Of a stretch of 46,551 nucleotides of DNA, positions 14,501 to 21,935 are shown in pieces. Both the position numbers and the translations under genes were made by a program. The stretch lies in contig JAWLEP010000022.1 of assembly GCA_041686025.1 (NCBI GenBank), forward strand, positions 1-46,551, read 5' to 3'. How positions within the stretch are numbered: the first letter of the stretch is position 1; each line of letters opens with the position of its first letter. Under the pieces are notes generated by a model that was given only the letters and a program-made list of their open reading frames with translations, made no database searches and was not told where the DNA came from. Source of the DNA: Candidatus Fermentibacteraceae bacterium. GTDB taxonomy: Bacteria > Fermentibacterota > Fermentibacteria > Fermentibacterales > JCC-6.

Positions 14501-15129
14501 GGCGGCGCAGGGCCATGAGCAGGCTGGAGCTGCTGATAGCGGGCATGGAGAACCGCGACCAGCTGGTGGACCGGCTGCTGGACAGGCTCTCCTACGAGCG
14601 CGGCATCGCCTCCCAGGTCAACTTCCTTCGCAGGTTCGGCCTGCTCTACCTGGCCATAGAGGAGGCGGTCCTCAGCGAGGACAGCAAGCGCCTGGACATG
14701 CACGTCCACGAGGCCCTGGAGGAGACCTGGCTGATCAACCCCAAGGCCCAGAGGCAGGACTCGGCGGTGGAGACCGCCCGGGAGGCCTTCGAGACCACCA
14801 TGGAGGTATTCCGCCGGATCCGCGTGCGGCGGGGCGTGGTCTCCGCGGCCGAGGCGGAGGAGATCAGCTCGGAGATGCGCCGCCGCTACCGCGACAACGC
14901 CGACTCCGTAGCCATCCTCCTGCGGTGGACCATGGACCCCGAGAAGCAGGACATGCTGCATATGCTGGAGCAGTACCCCGAGCTTCTGGAGGCGGCCAGC
15001 ACGGACACCGAGCTGCTGCTGGCCATGGACGCCGCCGCGGCCTCCGAGGACCTGGGCCGGGTCCTGGAGGAGACCATGGACGACCCCGAGAAGATGAAGG
15101 CCCGCCTGCGCGAGCTGGCCTCGGACTGA
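11530..15129 (+). CDS. Large hypothetical protein (1199 aa, predicted mostly alpha-helical)
   Basis: Long ORF with host-like GC3 codon usage, Leu/Glu/Ala/Arg-rich, co-oriented between gyrA and the asparaginase gene; no recognisable motif. Confidence 0.85.
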   Translation: MSDTTERLSKQLKLWYRVNEPRPSPVPEVGAPSTLPRERIDPSSLDRSIASGLCNLRVFEGGQWETSCLRLSAILSELNESSRRRLLDSLGVISSPPPVEPELLERWVAAISALPASSRPTAIMEFFQISWMWGQIGPVVNMELENVLALFYEAMKRIGEGSRSSAMAHFLVKLAGRWPERFCYWLECTAEHGERVIQALKRAEELLDGARPFARESLLDFAAEMGWKLLDGESLPIWRAIARNGETLYRRLRGFAVPESSVRLLSGVLGRLEETRGLEKLLTRAAARTVSDKFSGIDPEDAMEALAELPEVRDALVSSVEVEIAVEVLSLRGFLSSPEETGRAMVAMAALPGTGTTLENLRTLVDGMGGTVSETRMAASASLAEYLEARGQSLDLDSLRRAGSVSETVAAGPEGPAMRNAFQKLMGRIAALEDPREGLDLLESSWEQAACTPGDAVASASFLLRSQAGLSDPQLLRLVPVVSEIMFLLDPEDRKKLLGGLPPEWFNELARTGEEALSVVLDALKNISEEERRGRFLEMIVSPLLEEISADEETFAEYLTLATADYNKPVSVDSLREVELNLLSRLFRAGDRSRVVEDCIARLLRLPGMEGHRANDLLNRAKLLSEAFSTQAVWEKQYSSAFSRFVNVGLQNLVRVMVGHPSAIDELTEDHLSTLIDRIMPSGAEEPDTQIASWQIDAGAVFFGQALPLAVELTARTPGKLMPFLDRLSRTAVRSSHGVPAGEDYLSEVVIRLEQHLIEEYNIRIQSELTGKPAIPTRLSEEWASELFEVWEVSRRKENTLMQEARRVAQVLTTDQRQRSFFLRGCRRLAIGLSRAGLLETTSFVREGKGSELAGLRRNVGGADLIDVFRSYEHGGEILQLEQLVGAERFFDALKDTGGENPCRYWRKRVFSTFCNCVIDLMLVAAGKPEQAEDLIESFLEVAEFLGTESGGENLLLALERSLAVKQGREPVKNVPAAARNLEKQLFRPLWRRRAMSRLELLIAGMENRDQLVDRLLDRLSYERGIASQVNFLRRFGLLYLAIEEAVLSEDSKRLDMHVHEALEETWLINPKAQRQDSAVETAREAFETTMEVFRRIRVRRGVVSAAEAEEISSEMRRRYRDNADSVAILLRWTMDPEKQDMLHMLEQYPELLEAASTDTELLLAMDAAAASEDLGRVLEETMDDPEKMKARLRELASD

Positions 15130-15154
15130 GACCCTGACACGGGAGAGGCTCCCC

Positions 15155-16138
15155 ATGGGAAGCGGAAGGGTGGTCCTCCTTTCCACCGGAGGGACCATCG
15201 AGATGGTGAGCACCGACTCCGGACTGGACATCGGGTCCGGCGCCTCCGCGCCGCCGGCGGGGGGAAGCCTGGTCCCCGAAGGGGTGGACCTGGAGCACAG
15301 GGCCCTGTTCAGCCTTCCCAGCCCCCACGTATCCCCGGCCATGATGCGGTCCCTGGCCGGGGAGGTCGCAGGAGAGCTGTCCCGGGAGGAGGTGCGGGGG
15401 GTGGTGGTCACCCACGGCACCGACACGCTGGAGGAGAGCGCCTTCCTGGCCGACCTCCTGGTCCCTCCCGGCAAGCCCGTGGCCTTCACCGCCGCCATGC
15501 GCAGCCCCAGCGAGCTGGGCGTGGACGGCCCCAGAAACGTCATGGGCGCCATCAGGACGGTCTGTACCAACGAACTTCATAACTTAGGAGTTACAGTAGT
15601 TCTGAACGATGAGATACACTCCGCCCTGCGGGTCACCAAGACCTACACCAGCAACGTCAGCAGCTTCGCCTCCCCGGGCTACGGTCCGGTGGGCTATGTG
15701 GACGATGACCGCGTCCTTCTCCGCCGCAGGCCGGCGCTACACCTCGACCTCTCGGGCCGCGCGGACGGCCTGGAGGAGCGGGTGGGGCTGGTGAAGCTGG
15801 CCGCCGGGTACGGGGCGGGTCAGCTGGAGGCGGCGGTGGAATCGGGATGCCGGGGCGTGGTGGTGGAGGCCTTCGGCAGGGGCAACGCGCCTCCGGAGGT
15901 GGCCGAACAGCTGGAGAGGGCCGCCCGCCGCGGGGTGCTGGTGGCCGTCTGCAGCAGGTGCTACATGGGCCGGGTCCTGGGCGTCTACGGCTACCCCGGG
16001 GGCGGGGCCGACCTGCGCCGCCGGGGTGCGGTGATGGCCGGCGACCTGCCTGGGCACAAGGTGCGGCTGCTGCTCATGGTCTGCCTGGGCGCCGGCATGG
16101 GGCGCGGCGAGGTGGAGGATCTGCTGTCCGCCTTCTGA
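15155..16138 (+). CDS. L-asparaginase (type I-like, cytoplasmic)
   Basis: LLSTGGTI and VVTHGTDTLEESA catalytic motifs, DGPRN, FASPG, GRGN; no signal peptide. Confidence 0.9.
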   Translation: MGSGRVVLLSTGGTIEMVSTDSGLDIGSGASAPPAGGSLVPEGVDLEHRALFSLPSPHVSPAMMRSLAGEVAGELSREEVRGVVVTHGTDTLEESAFLADLLVPPGKPVAFTAAMRSPSELGVDGPRNVMGAIRTVCTNELHNLGVTVVLNDEIHSALRVTKTYTSNVSSFASPGYGPVGYVDDDRVLLRRRPALHLDLSGRADGLEERVGLVKLAAGYGAGQLEAAVESGCRGVVVEAFGRGNAPPEVAEQLERAARRGVLVAVCSRCYMGRVLGVYGYPGGGADLRRRGAVMAGDLPGHKVRLLLMVCLGAGMGRGEVEDLLSAF

Positions 16139-16162
16139 CGGAGGTGCGGGCCTACGTAATTG

Positions 16163-16191
16163 TTGACCTTGGCAGGATTTCGGGGTAGGAT
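16163..16191 (+). promoter_or_regulatory. Sigma70-type promoter for the TM-protein/bactofilin pair
   Basis: TTGACC (16163-16168), 17-nt spacer, TAGGAT (16186-16191); GGAGG RBS before ATG 16234. Confidence 0.55.
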
Positions 16192-16233
16192 ACCGACCCG
16201 AACGAACCGGCGCAGACAGCCACTGGAGGCTCG

Positions 16234-16581
16234 ATGACGGACAGGGGCTACACCCTCACCCTCACTCCCCACGGCGGGGGCAGAAGGCGCATATGGAGCC
16301 TGCGGGGATGGCGCCTGGGCCTCCTCCGCGCAGGCCTGGTGCTGGCGGCGCTCCTCGTGGCGGCCGCCGTGGTGGTCCTGGCGCTGGGGATGGGAAGCAC
16401 GGCCCGGGCCGGAAGGCTGCAGCGGCGGGTGGAGACCCTCCGGGACTCGCTGGCTCTGTACTCCGAGCTGGAGGCCCGGCTGGACTCGATAGAGAGCGAG
16501 CTCGCGCGGATCAGGGAGATACGCGGAAGGATAGAGAACCTGTCCGGAGTGGCGACGCCCCCGGGCGCCGACACCCTCTGA
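16234..16581 (+). CDS. Single-pass membrane protein with coiled coil (resembles the N-terminal half of bactofilin-associated M23 peptidases)
   Basis: Basic N-terminus YTLTLTPHGG..., hydrophobic helix AGLVLAALLVAAAVVVLAL, heptad-rich C-terminus; GGAGG RBS. Confidence 0.7.
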   Translation: MTDRGYTLTLTPHGGGRRRIWSLRGWRLGLLRAGLVLAALLVAAAVVVLALGMGSTARAGRLQRRVETLRDSLALYSELEARLDSIESELARIREIRGRIENLSGVATPPGADTL

Positions 16582-16591
16582 GGGGGAAGAC

Positions 16592-16945
16592 ATGAGCAAG
16601 GATACCTCGCCTACCTCGATGAACTCGATTCTCGGCGAAGGAAGCGTCTACACGGGCACCCTGAAGGTGGAGGGCGGCCTGCGGGTGGACGGCACCGTCG
16701 AGGGAGAGCTGGACGTGCAGGGAACACTCACCGTGGGCAACGACGGGGTGGTCAAGGGTGAGGTCCGCGTCCAGCAGGGAATCGTGGGAGGCACGGTGGT
16801 GGGCACCATTCACGCCTCCAACCAGCTCGAGCTGCAGAACGGCTCGCGGGTGGAGGGCGACATATACACCCGCTCGCTGATCATCGAGGAGGGCGTGTTC
16901 TTCGAGGGCAACTGCAGGATGCGCGAGAGGTCGGCGGATGATTGA
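16592..16945 (+). CDS. Bactofilin (polymer-forming cytoskeletal protein, DUF583)
   Basis: SILGEGSVYTGTL, LRVDGTVEGEL, beta-helix G-x-V-x-G repeats, IIEEGVFFEGNCRM. Confidence 0.92.
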   Translation: MSKDTSPTSMNSILGEGSVYTGTLKVEGGLRVDGTVEGELDVQGTLTVGNDGVVKGEVRVQQGIVGGTVVGTIHASNQLELQNGSRVEGDIYTRSLIIEEGVFFEGNCRMRERSADD

Positions 16946-16978
16946 GAATCTCCTGCGCTGTACGCACTTCCGTCCCGA

Positions 16979-17085
16979 TGTGGATAATGTGGAAAACTCG
17001 GGCGGTTAGTGGAAAACCCCGTAAACCATTACCGATGGGATAGATGCAGGCATCACTTAAAGCTGTTTCGCAGGTGATTTCCACA
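16979..17085. promoter_or_regulatory. Second DnaA-box cluster (intergenic, upstream of V-ATPase operon)
   Basis: TGTGGATAA 16979-16987 and directly abutting TGTGGAAAA 16988-16996 (both consensus); AGTGGAAAA 17008-17016 and ATTTCCACA 17077-17085 (1 mismatch each). Confidence 0.7.
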
Positions 17086-17158
17086 ACTGGGGCTTCTGCC
17101 CACGGGCGGCTGGGGGCGGAAGACCCGTATGTCATTCCGGGAAGGGCTGGTTCACCCA

Positions 17159-17473
17159 ATGTCGTCTAGTCTGGAGAGACTGAGAAAGGCGGAGGAGGAG
17201 GCGAGGCAGGACGTGGAGGCCGCCCGCCGCAGGGCCCGGGAGATACGGATGGGCATTCCCGGCGCGGTGGACAAGCTGCAGGCCCGGGGCAGGGAGAAGC
17301 TCGAGCAGAGCCGCAGGGAGCTGGAGGAGGATATCCAGCGGGAGGTGTCCGAGTTGCACTCCCGCCTCGACGGAGAGGTGGAGAAGCGCCTGGAGGAGCT
17401 GGAGTCCCGCCGCGGGGACCTTGCCGAAAAGGCCACCCGGAAGCTGGCAGAGGTAATCGGGAGCGGGTCCTGA
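17159..17473 (+). CDS. V/A-type ATPase peripheral stalk subunit G/H
   Basis: Charged coiled coil LERLRKAEEEARQDVEAARRRA; first gene of the operon, stop overlaps atpI start; alternative start 17129. Confidence 0.75.
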   Translation: MSSSLERLRKAEEEARQDVEAARRRAREIRMGIPGAVDKLQARGREKLEQSRRELEEDIQREVSELHSRLDGEVEKRLEELESRRGDLAEKATRKLAEVIGSGS

Positions 17474-19506
17474 TGGCCCTGGACCAGGTATCCAAGATCG
17501 AGGTCATCTGCCACAGCGGCAGGAGGAGCCAGGTCCTCTCCGAGCTGGAGAGGTCCGGGGGCTTCCATCCCATAGACCTGGGCGATGAGGATGGCCTTCT
17601 GGGCGCTCCGGAGGTGTCGGTGGAGGATCTGGAGGACGACATCGACGTCCTGGACAGGACCATCTCCTTCCTGGAGGAGGAGACGGGGGAGTCGCCGGGA
17701 GGGCTTACCTACGCCCCCCCGTCCATGACAGAGGAGGAGCTGGACCGGCTGATAGACGAGGCCGGCCTGCTGGAAACCGCCCGCCGCTCCTGGCGCCATG
17801 CCAGGGAGCTGGCCGAGCTGGACAGCGACTACCGGGAGGTCCGGCAGGAGCTCTCATTCCTGGAGGACTGGAAGGAGCTTTCCGTCCCCCTGGAGGAGAT
17901 CGGCTCGGAGGCCGGAAGCCACTGGGCGGTGGCGGGAACGGTCTCCGCAGACGGCCTCTCGGAGATCAGGGACTGGATGGTCACCGAGCCCCTGGCTCAC
18001 CTGGAGGTGCTCTCCACCGTCCGCAGCGAGCAGCGGGTGCTCCTGGTGGCCCACCGGTCGGTGCGGGAGGAGCTGGCCGAGCAGCTCTCCCGGGCCGGAT
18101 TCAGCCGCCAGGACTTCGGGGACCGGACGGGCAGGGTCTCCGGCCTGCTGGAGAGCGCCAGGGACCGGCTGTGGAAGATAGAGCGCCAGGAGGACGCCCT
18201 GCGGGAGCAGGCCGCCCGCGAGGCGGGGGAGCTGGATCGTCTCCGCTCCCTCCGTGACGCCCTGGGCCTGCTGCACACCCGCATGGGGGCCGCCACCTCG
18301 GGCCGGGCCAGCGAGAGGTTCGTGCTGTTCCGGGGATGGGTGAGGAGCCGCGAGCTCCCCGCCCTGACCGAAAGGCTGGAGGAGCTGGGACCGGTGAGCG
18401 TCAGCGAGCTGGAGCCCGAGGAGGGCGAGACCGTCCCCTCCCCCCTCACCGAGCCCGAGCCGGTGGACCCCTACATATCCCTCACCGACATGTTCGGCCG
18501 GCCCAGCAGGAAGGACCTGGACCCCACGCCCTTCCTGGCACCGTTCTTCGCCTTCTTCCTGGGTATCTGCATAGGCGACGGAGGGTACGGCCTGGCCCTG
18601 GCGGCGGGGGCCGCCATCGGCTGGAGGATGGTCCGCCGCCGCGGGGGCAACCCGCGGCTGTTCGGAGTGCTCTTCCAGGGAGGCATCGCCAGCATGGTGG
18701 TGGGCCTGTTTCTGGGCAGCTGGTTCGGCGCCCCGCAGGACAGCCTGCCCGGGTTCCTGCAGGCCCCGGCCGATCTCCTCAACTCCATCGTGCCCGCCTC
18801 GCAGGACGTGGAGTTCGCCCTCTCCAAGCAGTTCCTGTACGTGACGCTGGGCCTGGGTCTGATACAGCTCACCTTCGGAGTGATACTGGACATGGCCAAG
18901 AGGCTGCGGGCCGGCGAGGGCGTCTCCGCCGTGGTGGACCAGACCGGCTGGCTGCTGGCCATAGCCGGACTCTTCCCCTGGCTGTTCAACCGCTACCTGC
19001 TGGGAGAGTCCCTCTTCCCCGCCGACAGCGCCACCAGCACCTTCTTCCTCTACCTGCTGGCCGCCGGAGCGGTGCTGATATTCATCATGGGGGGACGGGA
19101 GGCCAGGGGCCTGGGCGGAAGGATAGGCCTGGGAGCCTACGCCGCCTACGGGATCATCAACCTTCTCGGCGACGTCCTCTCCTACTCCCGGCTGTTCGCC
19201 CTGGCCCTGTCCAGCGCCATAATCGGCCGGGTGGTGAACCAGATGGGCGGCATGCTGGCCGGCATCGGCATTCCCGTCCTGGGAGTGATCCTGGCGGTGC
19301 TGGTGGTGGTGGCCGGCCACCTCTTCAACCTGTTCATGGCGGTACTCAGCGGTTACATCCACACCGCGCGGCTGCAGTTCGTGGAGTTCTTCAGCAAGTT
19401 CTTCGACGGCACCGGGGTGCCCTTCGTTCCCCTCAGGTACCAGCCCCGGTTCGTACTGATAGATCACGAGGGCGGACAAGCCCACAGCACACAGGGAAGG
19501 GAGTAA
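17473..19506 (+). CDS. atpI: V/A-type ATPase subunit I (a)
   Basis: DPTPFLAPFFAFFLG..IGDGGYG, GDVLSYSRLFAL, HTARLQFVEFFSKFF. Confidence 0.95.
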   Translation: MALDQVSKIEVICHSGRRSQVLSELERSGGFHPIDLGDEDGLLGAPEVSVEDLEDDIDVLDRTISFLEEETGESPGGLTYAPPSMTEEELDRLIDEAGLLETARRSWRHARELAELDSDYREVRQELSFLEDWKELSVPLEEIGSEAGSHWAVAGTVSADGLSEIRDWMVTEPLAHLEVLSTVRSEQRVLLVAHRSVREELAEQLSRAGFSRQDFGDRTGRVSGLLESARDRLWKIERQEDALREQAAREAGELDRLRSLRDALGLLHTRMGAATSGRASERFVLFRGWVRSRELPALTERLEELGPVSVSELEPEEGETVPSPLTEPEPVDPYISLTDMFGRPSRKDLDPTPFLAPFFAFFLGICIGDGGYGLALAAGAAIGWRMVRRRGGNPRLFGVLFQGGIASMVVGLFLGSWFGAPQDSLPGFLQAPADLLNSIVPASQDVEFALSKQFLYVTLGLGLIQLTFGVILDMAKRLRAGEGVSAVVDQTGWLLAIAGLFPWLFNRYLLGESLFPADSATSTFFLYLLAAGAVLIFIMGGREARGLGGRIGLGAYAAYGIINLLGDVLSYSRLFALALSSAIIGRVVNQMGGMLAGIGIPVLGVILAVLVVVAGHLFNLFMAVLSGYIHTARLQFVEFFSKFFDGTGVPFVPLRYQPRFVLIDHEGGQAHSTQGRE

Positions 19507-19509
19507 CAC

Positions 19510-19956
19510 GTGAACCAGCTTATCGCCTACATGGGAGTGGCCCTGTCCGTGGCACTGGCGGGCATTGGAAGCGCAATTGGCATCGGGGCCGCCGCCCAGG
19601 CCAGCGCGGGGGTCATGAGCGTGGACCCCAAGAAGTTCGGAAAGCTGCTTCTGCTCTCGGCGCTGCCGGGGACCCAGGGCATATACGGATTCGTCGTAGC
19701 CTTCCTGCTCCTGGGAAGGATCACCGGAGTGGAGCTGGACAGCGCCCTGGCCTGGCACGCCTTCGTGGCCGGCCTGCCCATCGCCCTCTCCGGGCTGCTG
19801 TCGGGCATACACCAGGGCAAGGTCTGCGCCGCCGGCGCCATGATGACGGCCAAGCAGCCGGATGACTCCGCCAAGTCGCTGATCCTGGCGGTGTTCGTGG
19901 AGTTCTACGCCATCCTCGGCTTCCTGGTGTCATTCCTGATGCTTCCCTCCGCGTAG
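19510..19956 (+). CDS. atpK: V/A-type ATPase rotor subunit K (c), 4-TM, Na+-type signature
   Basis: ALAGIGSAIG, LPGTQGIYGF, SGIHQGK, VEFYAILG; GTG start. Confidence 0.95.
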   Translation: MNQLIAYMGVALSVALAGIGSAIGIGAAAQASAGVMSVDPKKFGKLLLLSALPGTQGIYGFVVAFLLLGRITGVELDSALAWHAFVAGLPIALSGLLSGIHQGKVCAAGAMMTAKQPDDSAKSLILAVFVEFYAILGFLVSFLMLPSA

Positions 19957-19964
19957 CCTGCGCC

Positions 19965-20552
19965 ATGTCACTGGAGGCCATAGAGAAGAAGATCCGCGAG
20001 GACGGAAAGGCCGAGGCGGAGCGCATAGAGGCCGAGGCCGAGGCGGAGCGCCGCAAGAGGCTGGAGGAGGAGAAGCAGAAGCTCGAGTCGCAGCTGGCCG
20101 GCCGGCAGAAGCGGCTGAAGAAGCGCATGGAGGACCGGCGGCAGCGGCTGGCGGCCCACGAGAGGCGCGGGGCCGAGCAGCGGATCCAGAACGCCAGGCG
20201 GGACCTCATTGACGGGGCCATAGATGCCGCCGTGGACCGGCTGGCGTCCCTGGGTGACGGGGAGTACCGAAAGCTGCTGGGCCATCTGCTGGACACCTGC
20301 ACCCTCTCAGGAGAGGTGGAGGTGCTGGTCGCCGAGGCGGACCGGGAGCGGGTGACGGCCGATTTCCTGAAGGAGCACTCCACCGACGAGAGGAGTTTCG
20401 TCCTGGCCGACGAGAGCCACTCGGGCCGTGGCGGCCTGGTATTCCGTTCGGGCAAGATCAGCCAGAACGCCACCTTCGACATGATCGCCGGACTGGCCCA
20501 CGACGAGCTGGTGATGCAGCTCTCGGCGGAGGTCCCCCTGGAGAGCGGGTAG
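19965..20552 (+). CDS. atpE: V/A-type ATPase subunit E
   Basis: MSLEAIEKKI..., coiled coil, GGLVF...NATF; operon position. Confidence 0.88.
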   Translation: MSLEAIEKKIREDGKAEAERIEAEAEAERRKRLEEEKQKLESQLAGRQKRLKKRMEDRRQRLAAHERRGAEQRIQNARRDLIDGAIDAAVDRLASLGDGEYRKLLGHLLDTCTLSGEVEVLVAEADRERVTADFLKEHSTDERSFVLADESHSGRGGLVFRSGKISQNATFDMIAGLAHDELVMQLSAEVPLESG

Positions 20553-20555
20553 GGA

Positions 20556-21530
20556 ATGGCCAGAAGGCTCTTCATATACCCCAACGGCCGGGTCAGCGCC
20601 CTGGAGCTGCAGCTGCTGGACAGTCGCATGTGGCAGATGATGCTCTCCGCCGACCACCGGGAGGAGGCCCTGAGGCTGCTGGGCGACACCTGGTACTCGC
20701 AGTTCATGGAGCACCGGAGCATCCGGGGCACCTTCGAGCGGGCCATGAGGGCCACCGAGGAGGAGCTGCTGGAGCTCTCCGAGGACCCCAGGCTGGTCCG
20801 GGGCATCATGCACCGCCGCGACGTGCGCAACGCCCGGTACCTGTGGAAGGCGCAGCTGCTGGAGGCCGACCCCGACGAGATCGCCGTTGAGGACTCCGGT
20901 CTGGTGGGTCTGGACCTGCTGCGGCGAGCCCTCACCTCCGGGGAGGCCCGGGAGGAGCTGCCGGATATATTCGCAGAGGCCGCCGAGGAGCTTCTGGAGC
21001 TCTCCGCCCCGAAGGCCTACGAGGTGGACGCGGTGCTGGACCGGCTGGCGGCCAGGGTGGAGACCGAGGAACTTCCCGAGCTGGGGGATTCCTTCGCCGT
21101 CTTCGTCCGCACGCACATCGAGACGCAGAACTTCCTCACCGCCGGCAGGGCCAGCGTGCGGGAGGTCCCGCCGGAGAGGGTAGAGGGAATGCTGGCTCCC
21201 GGAGGGTACCACGAGCCGGGGGAGATAGCCGGGGCCTACCGGCGGGGGAGGCTGGCCGAGGCGCTGGCCACCACCACCGGCCTGGAGGAGCTGGCCGGGG
21301 TCCTGGAGGAATGCCTGGAGAAGGGCTCCTTCCAGGCCTACGAGAAGCAGATGGAGGCGGAGATGCTGGAGATGCTGGACCGCACCTCCTACGCCGCCTT
21401 CGGGCCGGAGTCACTGGCGGCTTTCGTGGTGAAGCGCGAGCTGGAGATAAGGCACCTGCGGATACTGATAGCCGGAAAGACCGCGGGGATGGACCGCCGC
21501 AGGCTCCTTCGGCGAATTCCCAGGAGCTAG
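20556..21530 (+). CDS. atpC: V/A-type ATPase subunit C (d)
   Basis: Y.NGRVSALE..LL at the N-terminus, FGPE...AF...RE.EIRHLRIL..GK at the C-terminus. Confidence 0.88.
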   Translation: MARRLFIYPNGRVSALELQLLDSRMWQMMLSADHREEALRLLGDTWYSQFMEHRSIRGTFERAMRATEEELLELSEDPRLVRGIMHRRDVRNARYLWKAQLLEADPDEIAVEDSGLVGLDLLRRALTSGEAREELPDIFAEAAEELLELSAPKAYEVDAVLDRLAARVETEELPELGDSFAVFVRTHIETQNFLTAGRASVREVPPERVEGMLAPGGYHEPGEIAGAYRRGRLAEALATTTGLEELAGVLEECLEKGSFQAYEKQMEAEMLEMLDRTSYAAFGPESLAAFVVKRELEIRHLRILIAGKTAGMDRRRLLRRIPRS

Positions 21531-21554
21531 TCGTGCCAACGGATTGGAACAGCG

Positions 21555-21935
21555 ATGGCTAGAGACGTCCCGGAGCACGATGGAAAGATAGCCTTCATCG
21601 GCGACATGGATACCGTCCTGGGGTTCGGGGCGCTGGGAGTGGACACCGTGGTGCCCGGGGACGACGCCGAAGCCTCCAGGGAGTTCGCAAGGCTGGTGGC
21701 GGAGGGCTACTCGGTGATCATGGTCACCGAGGACCTGGTGGACGGGCTGGCCGAACAGATAGAGGAGACGGCACACCGGGCCCTGCCCGCCGTGGTGGTC
21801 CTTCCGGGGATCGCAGGCAGGCAGAGGCGGGGTGAGGAGACCATACGCCGGCTCATAACCCGCGCCGTCGGGGTGGATCTGATGGCGGAGGACGACAGCG
21901 GGCCGGGACCTTCGACGAATCTGCGGAGGACGTGA
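21555..21935 (+). CDS. atpF: V/A-type ATPase subunit F
   Basis: [19 protein letters not shown]...RAVGVD. Confidence 0.92.
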   Translation: MARDVPEHDGKIAFIGDMDTVLGFGALGVDTVVPGDDAEASREFARLVAEGYSVIMVTEDLVDGLAEQIEETAHRALPAVVVLPGIAGRQRRGEETIRRLITRAVGVDLMAEDDSGPGPSTNLRRT

